In this document: positions 35,822 through 49,320 of the stretch, piece after piece
Layout of the letters: each line of letters starts with the position of its first letter
How positions within the stretch are numbered: the stretch's first letter is position 1
DNA from: Harriotta raleighana
Lineage: Eukaryota
Direction: 5' to 3'
DNA length: 64,000 nt
NCBI GenBank assembly: GCA_050575255.1
Contig: JBNZDD010013673.1
Location: forward strand, 3,786,942 to 3,850,941
Program-made: the position numbers and the translations under genes
Notes under the pieces: model-generated
What the model saw: only the letters and a program-made list of their open reading frames with translations
Databases searched by the model: none
What the model was told of the DNA's origin: nothing

Positions 35822-37728
35822 TATATAGTTTGGGGCATGTGACTGCCAGAATGGTGGAAGGTGATCTGAATGGATCTTAGTCTTCCTTTTGACTCACAAT
35901 TAGTTTCATGAACAAGCACAAAGTTCTTATGATGGACTGTCTATCAAAATGCCAACAGCTAGCAATAGCAATGCTCAAAAATCTACAGTAATGGAATATC
36001 GCTAGACCTTAATATGTTTGTGAAATGAGTATTTAGTTGCAAATGTATATCATTTTATTCAGAAAGGGAGAAAGAGTTTAATAATTTTTTGGCAATGCCT
36101 CTGATCAATCAGAATTAAATAAAGCAGCTTACTGTGAATGGGCAAGATCCTGCTAGCTCACTGTAAAACAAAATGTTTTGTTCAGCCAAGTGTCTGACAC
36201 CCATCACCAGGCTTAGGAGTATCCAGACCAAGGTATGATTTCTATGCATCCCACCTACACAGAGAAATCTCAGAGATAGATTGTTGGAACGGAATTTCAC
36301 TCTCTCCCTGGAGGGACGAATCCCGTTTACCTAATTCTATAAAGTATAAGGCGCAGGTTTGCAAGAACCAAGGCTTGGGGAACCAGAGTGTGTGTTGTGG
36401 TAACTGCTGGAATCCAACCAGCGAAAACAACTTACAGTATTTTGCCATTGATATTGCTGTCCAGCAAGCTTTCTTACTGCTTGTCTAGCTAGGACCACCC
36501 TCCCTGTTAGGGCTTTGACTTGCAAAACTATGTGGGATGACTCCCTGCCCCAGTGACTTTTCTTGCCTTCCAGTTCCTGCCAATGAGCTGGGCTGTCCTG
36601 TTATCAGCAGTGCCCTGGAATAATGCAGGGTCCTGTCTGGCCAGGGAACTGATGACCAGGACCGATGATTCAGCTCCAATGAGATCCCGCTTTCCCCCCT
36701 CCCCTGTCTCCTGGAGAATATAAACCCCATAACAATTAGTCAACGTTCGGCCTCAATCCTGCTGCACCCAATCCTCAGCAGAAGGGCGATAGACAATTAT
36801 TTCAAAAAAGGCAATGTCATCCGTGGAAAATTGCACAAGTTCAGGCTGTTTCTTGTTCCTGCGATTGGGTGGGTGGGGGGGGAGATAGAAAAAGGTAACT
36901 ATTGTTGGAGAATGTTGCTGAATTGACACTGCATCACTTGTGCGTGATGTCCTGACACAACGTATCACAGCAGCTTGGCTGGATTACACCCCCCCCACCC
37001 AATCCCCCGACTCTGCTTTCGCTTGTTCTCGGAATATTGATAACACAGTAACCTTCTGATAACTCGACCCTGGCTTAACTTGTCACTACCACTCAAGCCA
37101 TCGTGCTGTCAGTATCCTGGACACACTTATTTACATACCCCTGACTTGCCACATTAGGATAATTCGTCTCTGATCTCTTTAACCCTGGAGTGAGGGTTGA
37201 TCAGGAATTTACTGTATTTACTTTTCACTCCGAATGGAGCAAAGGGTGAGGATGGGTCTATCTCTATTTTCTCGCAGAAAAGGGAGTCCACAGAGTTTCT
37301 GCAAAGAACAGAGTTTCACACATTCCCTGCCCTGACTCTGTGGTATTTAGTGCCACAGAAAATCACACATCAACCACTGAGGGGCGCTGCATCTCCATCC
37401 ACATCTTAACACAAAACTCTAGACTGACTTGACCAAGGTCTGACTCAATCAGATTTCTGTGCTGCAAAATAGGCCATTTCCTTCTCCACAGCTTATATTG
37501 TGGCATAAAACTCCCACTGAAGGAATGTGGGGCAAGGCAGATAAAAAGGCTCCTGCTACAAAATGTAAAGCCCAAGTATTTAGTCCACGGAAGCTTAAAC
37601 TATTATTAAAGGCTTGTATAAGGTTGCGTTCATTTGTGAGCTCACTTGAAGTGAGCATTCTATAAATGTTATTTTGTTGTTGTTGTTTCCAGTCACTTAA
37701 ATTAACTTCAGAGTGTTTTTTGTTTCAG

Positions 37729-38445
37729 GTCTCATGTTCCCCAAATAAACCCTGCACCAGTTTCTTATGCAATCGACAACAAAAGCACCCGCCATCACAG
37801 AGAGCTCAGCAGGGGCGCGTTTGAAAGGCAGAGAATCAAGTCTTTGGATGAATTGGAGTGTCCTGTAGTGGAATATCCGATTGTGTTGAGCAGAAGTTCT
37901 GATCAACTCCACCGTTCGGGGAAAGGTAACAGGCCAGCCAACGGACTGGCAACACAAACTGGGATTTATGGATTCCAAAGGAGAACCATCAAAGAGCTGG
38001 AAAGGGAAACCTTCCCCCCAGCTCCAGCGAGGCTTCTCTCCTCTCAGCTCAACTGGAATAAAACAAAGACAGAAAGTATCAATGAGGTCGGGTCAGGACT
38101 TGACTCTGTTTCATCTGCAGGTCCAGGCTACATGTTTGAGAGATGCTGCAATGTGTCCAAAATACACAACCAGCCCTCCGGTACAGAAACTTCTTCTCCT
38201 AAAACTCCTTCTCCACGGCCCCCTGTGCCATTCCCACCCTGGAGATCCTCATCCCAGGAAGATCAGGTGTTTTATGAGGATTCCTCCACAAAATCAGAGA
38301 GCGTTGACATTAATGTTCCCCAGGCTTCTGAAAATGCTTTGCTTAAATCTAATCTCATCAACGTACATGTGTCCAGAACATTTGATTCCTCACCCAATGA
38401 AATACCAATGGAGAATAAACTCAAGATTACACAACAAATAACCAG
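37729..38445 (+). CDS. SHROOM1: SHROOM1 exon (717 nt, Pro/Ser-rich)
   Basis: Acceptor ttttgtttcAG, donor AG|GTAAAA; phase 2-2, open throughout (RQRIKSLDEL, SRSSDQL, PSPRPPVPFPP). Confidence 0.8.
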
Positions 38446-39050
38446 GTAAAAGAAAGCAGACCTTTTAATCTAATAAATTTGTATCTCTCCTTATGAACAC
38501 ATTCTTCTTTTACACAGCACATCACTTAATCTTTGATCCTAATGTTATATTAATAATAATAATCCTTACATTTAACATAGCACCTTATCTGTGAGACTTC
38601 TCAAAGCCCTTCACAGAATATACAGTAAAGTGAATTGACTGTATTTTTTGTGGGGGAAGCATGGCAGCCAATTGTGCACAGCAGTATCCCACAAACAATT
38701 GTGAATTGAATGATCAATTTATTATTATTTTCTGTTTGAGTAAAAGAAGCGAGTTTCCTGATGAACCTCTGGCTGAATGTGAGGGTTGTATTGTCACCCA
38801 GTGGTCTCTGCCTATGTATACTTTAACACAAGATCTGCTTAAAAAAAATTACAAATTCACCCCCAACAACTCAACGTACGGGAGGGGAAGACAGTGCGGT
38901 GTATTGACGTCCAATTTGATCTACTGTGAGTGAGTAATCAGATGGAGAACTTTAACAATAAGAGGAGGGAGAAAATGAGCATTTGTATAGCACCCAACTG
39001 AGTGTTTTCACCATCAGCAGCTGATGGACACATCCATTTCTCTCTTTCAG

Positions 39051-39527
39051 TGGAAATAATTCACCATCGAATGGTGACTATCATCTGACGAGTCCTTTAG
39101 AGAATTGTGAAGAGGAACAAACGGGGACAGAGACAGTAGCTCAACTGAAGTGTCCAGTTACAAATCTTTCTCCACACCAACCCCTGTGGAGAAAAGAAGA
39201 TCTGGTGAGCGGGACAGCGTCCCACCAAGAGGAGACCAGGAAAGTGAGACCAAAACAAACTCTTGAGCCACGTGCAGAGAGCCAAGTTGAGGTGTCTCTC
39301 TCACTGAGGGTGAAGACCCCTGAGGACTTGCTAGTGGAAAGCCTTATGAAGGAAATTCTGGATCAGGACCAGTCACTGTCAGACTTGCTAGGTCCCAGCT
39401 CTGCCGAGAGAACCACATTGGATCTTGTGGAAGGATTGTTTCGAACAGACACCTGGGTGCTTGATACTTTTCAGACGAGAAAGCAAATGACCATCGAGAG
39501 AAAGGAAATGGAAACCCAGGCGAACAG
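39051..39527 (+). CDS. SHROOM1: SHROOM1 exon (477 nt)
   Basis: Acceptor tctctttcAG; KTPEDLLVESLMKEILDQDQSLSDLLGP..TTLDLVEGLF is the conserved pre-ASD2 Shroom motif; donor AG|GTAGGC. Confidence 0.88.
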
Positions 39528-40709
39528 GTAGGCAATCTGACTGAACTCGCTCCTAAATGACTCCCTGATTGAACTTTCCTTTGAGAGCAGGCAGGCGTTG
39601 GCGTAACAGTCAGGAAAGGGATTGGGAAATTCAAGCTGTGTTTTGCCATAATTTAATCAGTAGTTTGATGTCCCTCTCTCCTATGCTTCTTCATAATACC
39701 TGAGGCTCAGAATGATGGTAAGTGATCTGGTCACAGGTTTTCCACTTTGGCCCTGGTATAACCGAAAGCAATCCCTTTCTTCTGACTTTCTCTCTCTTCC
39801 TTCCTGTGAGGTGACTTGGCTTCACGAGAAGCTTCCTATAACAAGATGGATATAAATGGATCCTGTGGGTTTGCTGAATCAACAGTGTTTTCCACCAATT
39901 TCACAGAACAATTGGTGGGAAACACTTTTTGTTTACCACAAGCATTTATTCTTTGATTCAAATGTTTTAGTGCAAAAAGTGAATTCCTTAACAAAATCAA
40001 CCCTTCCTATCACCCACCATCCCACCTGTTCCCCTACTCTATATGAATGCACACTGTTGAGCAATTCAATTGATAATGATGATGATAATAATCCTTGCAT
40101 TTGATATAGCATCATTTCTTCAACACATCTTAAAGCACTTCACAGAATACATTGTAAAGTGAATTGATTGTATTTTGTGGGAAAAACGTGACAGACTATT
40201 GTGAACTACCACAAACAGTCATAGATTGAGTGGCCAAATTATTATTATTATTTTTAAAACATTTTCATACCAGTAGCTCCAGGTACTAATTTCCTGTTCC
40301 AGTAAACTAGGCTGAATGAAATGCAAGCAGACATGTCAAAGTTGACCTATGGAATATAGGGCAGAAAAGTGTTCATTCCAGGCTTCCAATGTCTCTTAGT
40401 GACACTGGAAGTTTGGTGACGGTTTGTGTCACATTGTGGATTATTACATACGGTGAACCTGTACCCGGTAGTAATTTAAATGAAATGACTCCAAACCCTA
40501 ACTACCAACTGGGAGACTTTCCATCAGTCTAATCTAAAAGTCAATCCAGGTTAAAAGGGGCAAAAAGGTTAGCATGCTCACCATCTGCATGGGTATTTGA
40601 AATGTTTGATTGCTCACTGTAAAATCACATTGTGTAAATTCTCTCCAGTTTGGTACAGTAGTGTTAATGCTGGAGATTAATCCCCTTCCTGTTCACTTCT
40701 TCCTGTCAG

Positions 40710-40839
40710 AAACAAGACAGATACTCAGGTGTCAGCATCGCCAACAGCGGGCACATGTTCCTGTCCTGAGACAAATAATCTGTCCCAGAAAAGCGTTGAG
40801 GATAAAAGGGGTCAACCAAGCAATGTAACAGGGAAGATG
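40710..40839 (+). CDS. SHROOM1: SHROOM1 exon (130 nt)
   Basis: Acceptor cttcttcctgtcAG, donor ATG|GTAAGT; phase 2 to 0, open. Confidence 0.8.
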
Positions 40840-41203
40840 GTAAGTACTGTACTTAAAGGTACTTTTTTTTTCTTTTGTCAGCCAAGTGTGCGACACATAA
40901 CACCATGTTTAAGTCTATCTGAATACACTTGAATCTGAAGCAGTAATGTCCAGCGCCATGGGACGCCCTCCTGACGGGAAAGGCGCTATACAAATGTAAT
41001 CTTGTTATTGCCAAACTCAGAATTCCATGCTTCCCACCTACACATAGAAATTCCAGAGAAAGATTGTTGGAATGGAATGCAAAAAACTCTCCCCCCTGAC
41101 TATAATAATATTATAATTCATTACAAGTCTTTGTAAGGATGTCCAGTTACTGATGTACAACGCATCGTTGAGGATCTGATATGCATTTTCCTTTCTTTCG
41201 CAG

Positions 41204-41476
41204 CGAGAGTTAATCGACGCCATTAATTGTAAACTTCGGAAGCTTCAGGAAAGGAAGGTGGCTCTAACTGCGGACATCAGAGCCAACGATCTGCTGGGGG
41301 AAGATATCGAGGCCTGGGTGGAAGGTGTCTGTGAACCCCACGAGGTGCAGAAATACAAAACCTTCATTAAAGATTTGGACAAAGTGCTGAATCTGATCTT
41401 GAGCCTGTCGAGTCGGTTGGCACGCGTGGAGAATGCTCTGAATAAAGTCAACGAGGCCACCGATTCGGAGGAGAAG
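41204..41476 (+). CDS. SHROOM1: SHROOM1 ASD2 exon (273 nt)
   Basis: RELIDAINCKLRKLQ..KYKTFIKDLDKVLNLILSLSSRLARVENAL (ASD2); acceptor tttcgcAG, donor AAG|GTTTGT. Confidence 0.95.
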
Positions 41477-41871
41477 GTTTGTCACTATATTAGAACAAAA
41501 TTGCTTGCATTTTAAAAAAAGTGCCTTGGCCCAACATCCAACTGCCTTGAAGCGCTTTGTGGGATTTTACTGTAAAGTTTAAGAAAGTGTGTATTTGTAG
41601 ATAATAATAATCCTTGCCTTTGATATAGCGCTTTCACTGTCTTCTAAATGTCTCAAAGTGCTAAACAGTATATAGTGTAAAGTGAATTGACTGTATATTT
41701 ATGGGAGAAAAGGCATCCCTGCATTTGATTTAGCGCCTTATCAAGTTACTAAGACGTCTCTAAGTGTTTCATGTATTGAAGCAAATTGTATTTTGTGGGT
41801 GAAATACTGTGTTGAACTTTGTATAGGTTTTTCCACAGTGAAATTGAGTGCAAGTTGTGTGTTTTGTTTAG

Positions 41872-42126
41872 AAATCACTGAATGAAAGGCACCATATGCT
41901 GTCTGGACAGCATGAAGATGCCAGGGGACTGAAAGAGCATCAGGATCACAGAGAGAGAATGACCTTCAATATCCTATGCAACCACCTCACTGAGACCCAG
42001 CTCCAGGACTCCCAGCAATTTATCCAGATGAAAAAAGTCTTACTAATTGAGCAAAGAGATCTCAATGAGCGCCTCAAACTCACAGAGGATCAATTAGGAT
42101 GTCTCCAGAACAGCCTCGAGTCCTGA
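41872..42126 (+). CDS. SHROOM1: SHROOM1 last coding exon (ASD2 C-terminus)
   Basis: KSLNERHHMLSGQHEDARGLKE..LLIEQRDLNERLKL..stop. The eight exons total 4533 nt, i.e. 1510 aa plus stop. Confidence 0.93.
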   Translation, partial: KSLNERHHMLSGQHEDARGLKEHQDHRERMTFNILCNHLTETQLQDSQQFIQMKKVLLIEQRDLNERLKLTEDQLGCLQNSLES

Positions 42127-42219
42127 TTCACTTTAGTTTTTTGGTACTTTTAAAAGAATAAACCACTAGATTCTGTTATAATGTACAACAACGTGGTCAT
42201 TCCTCCCCACCCACTCCAT

Positions 42220-42362
42220 TTTATCTGGCCCACCCGCTCCCTCTATAACCCATATATGTTATGTTTCTGGAAGAGAAACACAAAAATATAGCTCATGTGG
42301 CCCGCGGACATTTCTCGAACAGGACATTCAGCGCTCGGCAGACAAAAGGTTGGACCTTCCTG
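42220..42362. mobile_element. Possible hAT-type MITE end in the SHROOM1 3' UTR
   Basis: gtggcccgcgg...aaaaggttggaccttcctg resembles hAT/Charlie-type termini; no partner end or TSD found. Confidence 0.3.
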
Positions 42363-42944
42363 AAAAAGAGAATCCAAGTTGTGAGATTTCCCGAGTTTAA
42401 ATAAAACAGTCACTCAGAACTCAGTAAATATTATCAAATGTGTCCAGGTATTGATTGCACCTGAAGGAAATACGATGGTTTGGGGTTTCTAATGGAGTTT
42501 GACGCTTTGGAGTCCAAAGTTAAAGCGCCATTAGATTTTTTATTGCTGTTTTAAAACTTTGAAATGAAAATCACTCCAGTTGATAGATGTGAATCACAAT
42601 GACAAGCAAGTCTGTTCTTGGTGCATCAATGCCTGGTGTACCACAAATCCTCATTGTCTCTGCTTGTCTCTGCTTGATTTTCTTTCCTTCCCCACCCACC
42701 CAAACGCTAGTGTCTGATTCTCTCACTTCGTGATCACCGGGAAGATTGCTGAATTAGGATTTTTATCCAAAATTCCTTCTCATTAACTATTGCACTCTCT
42801 CAAAGGTATTTATTTATTTATGATTGTTTGATTTCCAATTCTACTCCTGGTCCTCTGCTCTCAACACACACCATTTTCCAGGAGCGAAGCTCTTTTGATT
42901 AATTCTGCTTCTAAGCTCATGATTGGATAATATTTTCCTTTCCT

Positions 42945-43125
42945 AGTATTTTCTAACTCAGAGTTATTGGGACATGGAATGCCCTGCCTAGGATGGTGGT
43001 AGGGTCAGTCCATTATGGGTTTCAAGAGAAAGCCTTAAAGTATAGGGGGATAAGGTAGGGCAGTGAGATTGAGAGCCTGAGTCCATGGGCTGAATGGCAT
43101 CCTTCTACGCAGTAAATTTCTGATT
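42945..43125 (+). mobile_element. CR1-type LINE 3' fragment
   Basis: cagagttattgggacatggaatgccctgcc (RV..WNALP), then atgggctgaatggcatccttct. Confidence 0.7.
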
Positions 43126-46100
43126 CAAAGCTCCTGCATTCAACAGTAATCAAAATCAAGAATAATCTTATTTTTCTCCATGGCCATGACCCATATTATT
43201 GTATGTTAACTGTGGATTATCCCATTTAATGGAAAAATATCAATCAATAAGTATGAGCTCTACAAACTCGGTCCTAAACAACAGCATATTTTGATTAGGG
43301 CTATTGAGTTGTTGGATCTATTTCTGTTTCCCTAAAGGCCAAGTCGATATGGATAAAGCACTTCTCTCGCTGAATAGATGTCTCAAAGCACTTCATAGGA
43401 GGTCCTGTAATGTTTAGTGTCTGTGCATCTTTATAGGAAAACAGTAGACAAGTTGTGCACAAGAGTAATAATTCTTGCATTATTTGGTCGAGCGCCTTAT
43501 TACGTCATTGAGATGTTTCAAAGTGCTTCATCGTAAAATAAACTGTAAAGTGAATTGACTACTAATTTCACACAGCAGCGTCCCACAAACAGCCATGAAG
43601 TGAGTGATCAATTTTATCTGGGGGTATGTTGGCCAGGACTCTGGGGGTAGAGAGAAAGTCCATTCTCTTCTCAAATTAGAGCTGATTTCAAATAAATATT
43701 TGACACATTGCTGATGTTGTCATCACTAACTGCAGGGGAGAGAGAAACGCATGCATATGCACGCTTACATTCTTTCAACCCATCCTCTCCCACCACTAAC
43801 TGCAGCTTCATTGCCAGACTGTTTTAAAAGATTAATTCCTTTCTCTCTCATTCATACTCTATCCTCCAGCAACATGGCTCCTTGAGCTATTACGGTTATA
43901 GCAATCTATCAACACATTCCCATCCAGGGTCTCGAGGAACGATGGGTGCAACTTCGTCAATGTTCTCTCTCTCTCTCTTTCTCCAGACTTGCGATGCACC
44001 CGATTCCAACCCCCTTCCCTGTTATTGGAAAGATTACATTGTGTTGTTTGGAAGGAGATAAATGACCTACCAAGGAAATTGAGAGTTTACATTTAAAAAT
44101 TTATTATAAAAATCAAAAGTGATTTGAAGGCTGAACATTGAGTCTGAGATCGGAATGATTATAAAGAATTTCAGCTTTGCATTCATCAGATTTCTTGTAA
44201 TCACTTTGAGGATGCTATTATCCTTGTAAAAAAAATTGTAATAACGTAATGTATATATTAATTATTGTTTCTTGCAGCACCTTCTAATACAGAGCAGTCT
44301 GACTGTCAGAAATCAGATGTTGTACATTGTAATATATGTGTAAAAGATTGAAAATTGCTTGTGTTTTGCCTCTGTGTGTCCATCAACAACTTGCTTTTAA
44401 ACAGCACCGTTCACATTGGAAAATGTCTCTGAGCGCTTCACAGTGGCAGGTTGTTGGGGATGGAGTTGCACGTGGAAGGAAGAGGTGAGCATTGGTGTGG
44501 TCGAAAAGAGAAATTTTATATGGGAGTTAAAGACCGATAGAGATGGGGTGGGTGGGTGTGGGGCGAAGATGAGAGGTAGAGGCAGTGAGACGCAGAGGTT
44601 ATGGTGTACTGATTGAAAGCTCAGCCTTTTAAAAAAAATGAATTAACTTGTAAATCATAAATATATATATATGCGTGTGTATGTATATATATATATATGT
44701 GTGTGTGTGTATATATATATATATATGTGAGTGTATATATATATATATATATAGATAAAATCCTTGCGTTTGATATAGTACCTTGTGTCTTTGAGATGTT
44801 TCAAGGCATATAAATAAATATATACGATTAATGCTGTTTTATTTGATCCAAATAATAAAAGGCTATTAAAGGAAATATAATTGATAAGGCAAAGACGTAG
44901 TTCAGGAAAAAAAAGTTTTTACAGGTGTTGGTGGAATTATTGCTTTAGCTCAGTGCTTGGAGCAGAGGCTGATTTGGTTTGGAGAGTCGGGAGTTAATGT
45001 GCTTGTGTTACCCTTGCCCAGTGATGCTCTAGCATGCACAGCCATTCCAGTTGGAAAGCTTAAGCTGTCAATTCCTTCATCATTCCACTCATCTACTTCA
45101 AGCTGTGATACTATAGGCTGCATTGTTTTCTAAGTGGGCCACAGTGCTCTCTGCACTGTGTGTGTTTGTGAATTCCCACAGTGGTTATGGTTTAACACTG
45201 GCTAGATCCCTAGGCAAACATCAGTCCCAATGAGAATAATGATTCCTTTGGGAGTTGCTGTGAAGCACACAAACAAGTCAGTTGATATCAAACTCACATA
45301 CATTTAAAGCATAGTCCGATCATGAAGATAACATTACAGCTTCTCATATCACTGGCCACACATCCATTACTCTTATTAAACTAGGGAGAGCCTATAATAT
45401 ACATTACCTTGAGGGCCCGGGGCGAAATCTATCACGTAACAAAGGACATTACTGCTCTTAAAAGATCAGTCACTGTGACTCTAAAAGTGCTTTCCTTCAT
45501 TATCTTGCCACAGAACCATATTATTTTATTTGTGGGTGATACACTTTTCCAGTTGCGGAAGTGAAAGATTTATGGATCTCACCTAAAACCTCAATGTGTT
45601 CTTTTCTGGTTTTAAGGCAGTCGTTGAAATCAAATTTGTATATTCACATAAACCCTGCTCTTCTGGGTGGAAACGTAACTGCCTCTGGAATGTTAAACCT
45701 GATCTTGACGTTTTGTTCTGAAATGTTATTAACCTTACCCGATATTGTGGCTTTTGCCCTGTCTAGCACCAATCACTGGATGAAAGGTCGCCAACAAAAT
45801 ACACTTTACAGTAAACCCTGTGATGCACTCTGAGATGTCTCGATGACATGGTAAGGCGTTGTATCATACAAGGATTAAATTAACTCGTTGAGTAGAATGT
45901 TGTACTCCATCCACCCAAATCTATTCTATACACGTTCATTTACATTGATTTACATGAACTCCAACCTCGCCAACCCCCTCAGCAGCTGAAGCAATGTACA
46001 AAATCAAGTGTAAAACCTTCCTTTTTAAAATAAATATAATAGTAATCATTTCATTTGATATAGCACTTTTTCCATCTTCTAGATGTTTCAAAGCTCTGTT

Positions 46101-47184
46101 GGAGATGACTTTTGTGCACCATGTCTCAGGAATCGCACTAATTAATAATACATTAAAGTGTAAACTGAAACTAGCTGGTTAAACCTACCAAATTATGATT
46201 AGGAAATTACTGAACTTGCATTTAAATGAATTAACTTCCACCGAAGTTGATTTACAGTCATCCATGTTTACAGTTTTACATTAATCTTGGGAGATCAAAT
46301 GTACAGTAGGAGTTGAAGATTACACCAAAGCGGAACGTGAGCCGCTTAGGTATTTGCAAGATATCCAGTGACTCAGGGGCATAAACGCAAGCCTTCGAGC
46401 TGTTTGGTTGGGCAGAGCAATGCGGACACACCTTAAAACACGAAACCAAGGACAGGGTGGACAACATTCCTTTCGTGCTGAACAAAGCCAAGTCTGATGG
46501 CATCATCGAATGGTTTGTATCATTTGATTTCGCTCGCTGAACCAGTCCAGGTTCTAAAACAGATTTCATTCAAAACAAATATTAGATACGGGTGAAATTG
46601 TTCATTGTAATTAGATTCCTTGCATTTGATATAGAGCCTTATCATGTCATTGAGATGTCTTCACAGAATGTCTTGTAAAGTGGATTGATGGTGTGTTTTG
46701 TAGGCAAAATGCTACAGCCAATTGCGCTCAGCAGCGTCCCACAAACAGTCGAGGATTGAGTGACCAACATTATTGATTTATTTTGGGGGGAGGAAATATT
46801 AGCCCTATAAAGCGATCCTCTAATCGACCAACAAGCGGGTTCCTACGGGACCTCTCACTTGCAAGGCGACCGCCGTGACGTCTGCGCTACGAGACCCCAC
46901 AAATAATAATAATAATCATCCTTGGATTTGATGTAGCGCTTTTCACGACTTCTAGTCTCAAAGCACTTCACAGAATATACTGAAAGTGAATTTGACTGTA
47001 TATTTGTGGGAGAAACAAATAGTAGTGGCAGGAGAGTATCGGTTTGACTTTGTTTCTTTCACCGAGGCTAGCAGCAGTTACTGACAGCACTGAAATGTAA
47101 AGAGGTGGGTGTTTGTTGTGTTGCTGTGGGAACTACTTAGCACCTTCACATGGATAGAGAGGATATACCAATGGACAATAATTA

Positions 47185-47487
47185 AATAATAATAATCTTT
47201 GCATTTGATATAGCGCTTTTCACATCTTTTAGACATCTCAAAGCTCTTCACTTTACACTGTAAAGTGAATTGACTGTATATTTGTGGGCAAAACGCGGCA
47301 GCCAATAGCAGTGTCCCACAAACAGTCGTGGATTGAAATAACCAGTTTGTTATTTTTTTTTGAGGGATTATTAACAGGCGTGTGATATAAGGAAACTTGC
47401 CCAAGGTTTCGCCCTGACCTGCCTGGATTCGAACACAGGTCTCACGCTTGTAAGGTGAGTGTTCTAACCATCGAGCTGTAGGACTCC
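47185..47487 (-). mobile_element. Full-length, low-divergence tRNA-SINE
   Basis: Tail aataatctttgcatttgatatagcgc through head ggattcgaac..ctaaccatcgagctgtaggactc. Confidence 0.9.
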
Positions 47488-47577
47488 ACTCAAATGAATT
47501 AAGGTCACAAAGTGCTTCAGCAATTTTCTCGCACTACACATACAGTATGCTCACTTAATCTTTGAACCGTCATATTT

Positions 47578-47855
47578 AGTTTGGCTTCTGAGCCAGAAGG
47601 GTGTGAGTTCATGTCTCATGTTGGGAAGAGATCACAGTCTAGGCTGCGATTCCAATGCAATACTGGGGAAGAGTTTACATTGCTAGAGATGTCTCTTTGA
47701 GATGAAATGTTAAATTTAGGGCCCGTCCGTCTGTTCGGTTGGATGAAATTTGTAGTTTCTCTATGTGTCCCGCTCAACTAGATAAAATTGCTCATTCACT
47801 TCTGTTGTTGGTGAGACATTGGTGTGAGTAAATGAACTGCCGCGATCACCCAGAT
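47578..47855 (+). mobile_element. Deu-domain SINE with tRNA-like head
   Basis: ggcttctgagccagaagggtgtgagttca head, then gatgaaatgttaaatttagggcccgtccgtctgttc. Confidence 0.7.
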
Positions 47856-48619
47856 AAAAAATCTACCAACTAAGCCAGTCGGGTTCGGAATTCAACTTGG
47901 ACTCAGTGATTAATGCAACCAACCGAATCAAAACTGCTCTTTAATTATAGAAAAATCTAACACCTATCAAAGGCTGCCTTCAGGATGGAAAAGCATTCAC
48001 ACAAAGCCGGGAGCTCTGGGTTAACAACAACAACAGTATTACACTTGTATATCGCCTTTCATGTCAGGAGGACATCACAAGGTGCTGTCAGTCTTTGTTT
48101 CAGACCCTGGGGTCAGGGAGCGTGGAGGGAAAGGGGATGGATTTGGAGTGACCGATGGGTTAATGTGTATGGAACCAAACAGTAAATACTTTCTTCCACT
48201 CTCACCAATGAACATGGGTTCCATATGTTATCTGCTTTCCAACCACCATTGTGTTAAAAATCCTGGAGGTCAAAATGGGATTTGTTATTGTTTTTCCACG
48301 ATTTCTTTAATTGAGTGACTGGGGATAATCTCCCAGATTCAGACTGTTTACTCGTCACGGATTAACCCCATTTTCAACTAATGAACCAGTGACAAAAGCA
48401 GATTAACTGCCATATTTATCCATCTGCTTCTTAATAAACAGCCAAGTCGCATTATTTTGTACAGCTGTAACTCAAAACACTGATGAAATCCAGCAAAACA
48501 ATCTTTACACCTGAAGTAGCATCTTCATGCCAGAAGCACTTTTCTAGTGTCTTTATTGTAAAGTGTGGTGACTAAGTGTTTTTCTAGGCATAAGTACTCT
48601 ACATACCATAAGTACATAC

Positions 48620-48915
48620 GAGTCCTGTAGCTTAGTAGTTGGAGCACTTGCCTTACAAGTGAGAGACCCGAGTTCAATTCCAGTCAGGGCGAAACCTTGG
48701 ACATGTTTGCTTACTCCACATTCCTAATAATCCTAAAAAAAAAATAATCAGTCATTTCAATCCATGACTGTTTGTGGGACACTGCTGTGTGTAATTGGCT
48801 GCCATGTTTCACCCACAAATATACAGTCAATTTACTTTACAGTATATTCTGTGAAGTGCTTTGAGATGTATAGAAGACGTGAAAAGTGCTATATCGAATG
48901 CAAGGATTATTATTA
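48620..48915 (+). mobile_element. Full-length tRNA-SINE
   Basis: gagtcctgtagcttagtagttggagcac...atcgaatgcaaggattattatta. Confidence 0.9.
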
Positions 48916-48959
48916 ATGTTGTAATAATAATAATGGAGCTTATACTTGGCATGTCTGAA

Positions 48960-49320
48960 GGATGTCTCAAAACTCTTCATAGTATGAACTGTAAACTGTA
49001 GAGACCATGTGTTTTGTGGATGAGCTCAGCAGCCAATTCGTACTCTGCAACACCCCACAAACAGCCACAAAGTGAATGATCAATTTTATGTGGGGGAATG
49101 TTTTGGTGATCATCGTCGAGGCCACCAGGCCAAACTCCCTTCTCTCTTTGAATAGTGCCAATGGGATCTTTAACATCCACCTGAACTGGCAGTCAGTTTA
49201 ACATCTGATTCGAAGGACGGTATCTCCAACAATGCAGCCCCATCAAGCCCTCCTCCCTCACCCCACCCCCAACACTGCATTTGAGTTTCATCTTAGACTA
49301 AGTGAGTTCAAAGTCCCAAC
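48960..49320 (-). mobile_element. Deu-domain SINE
   Basis: gaatagtgccaatgggatctttaacatccacctgaac...gtttaacatctgattcgaaggacgg is the antisense Deu domain. Confidence 0.75.
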
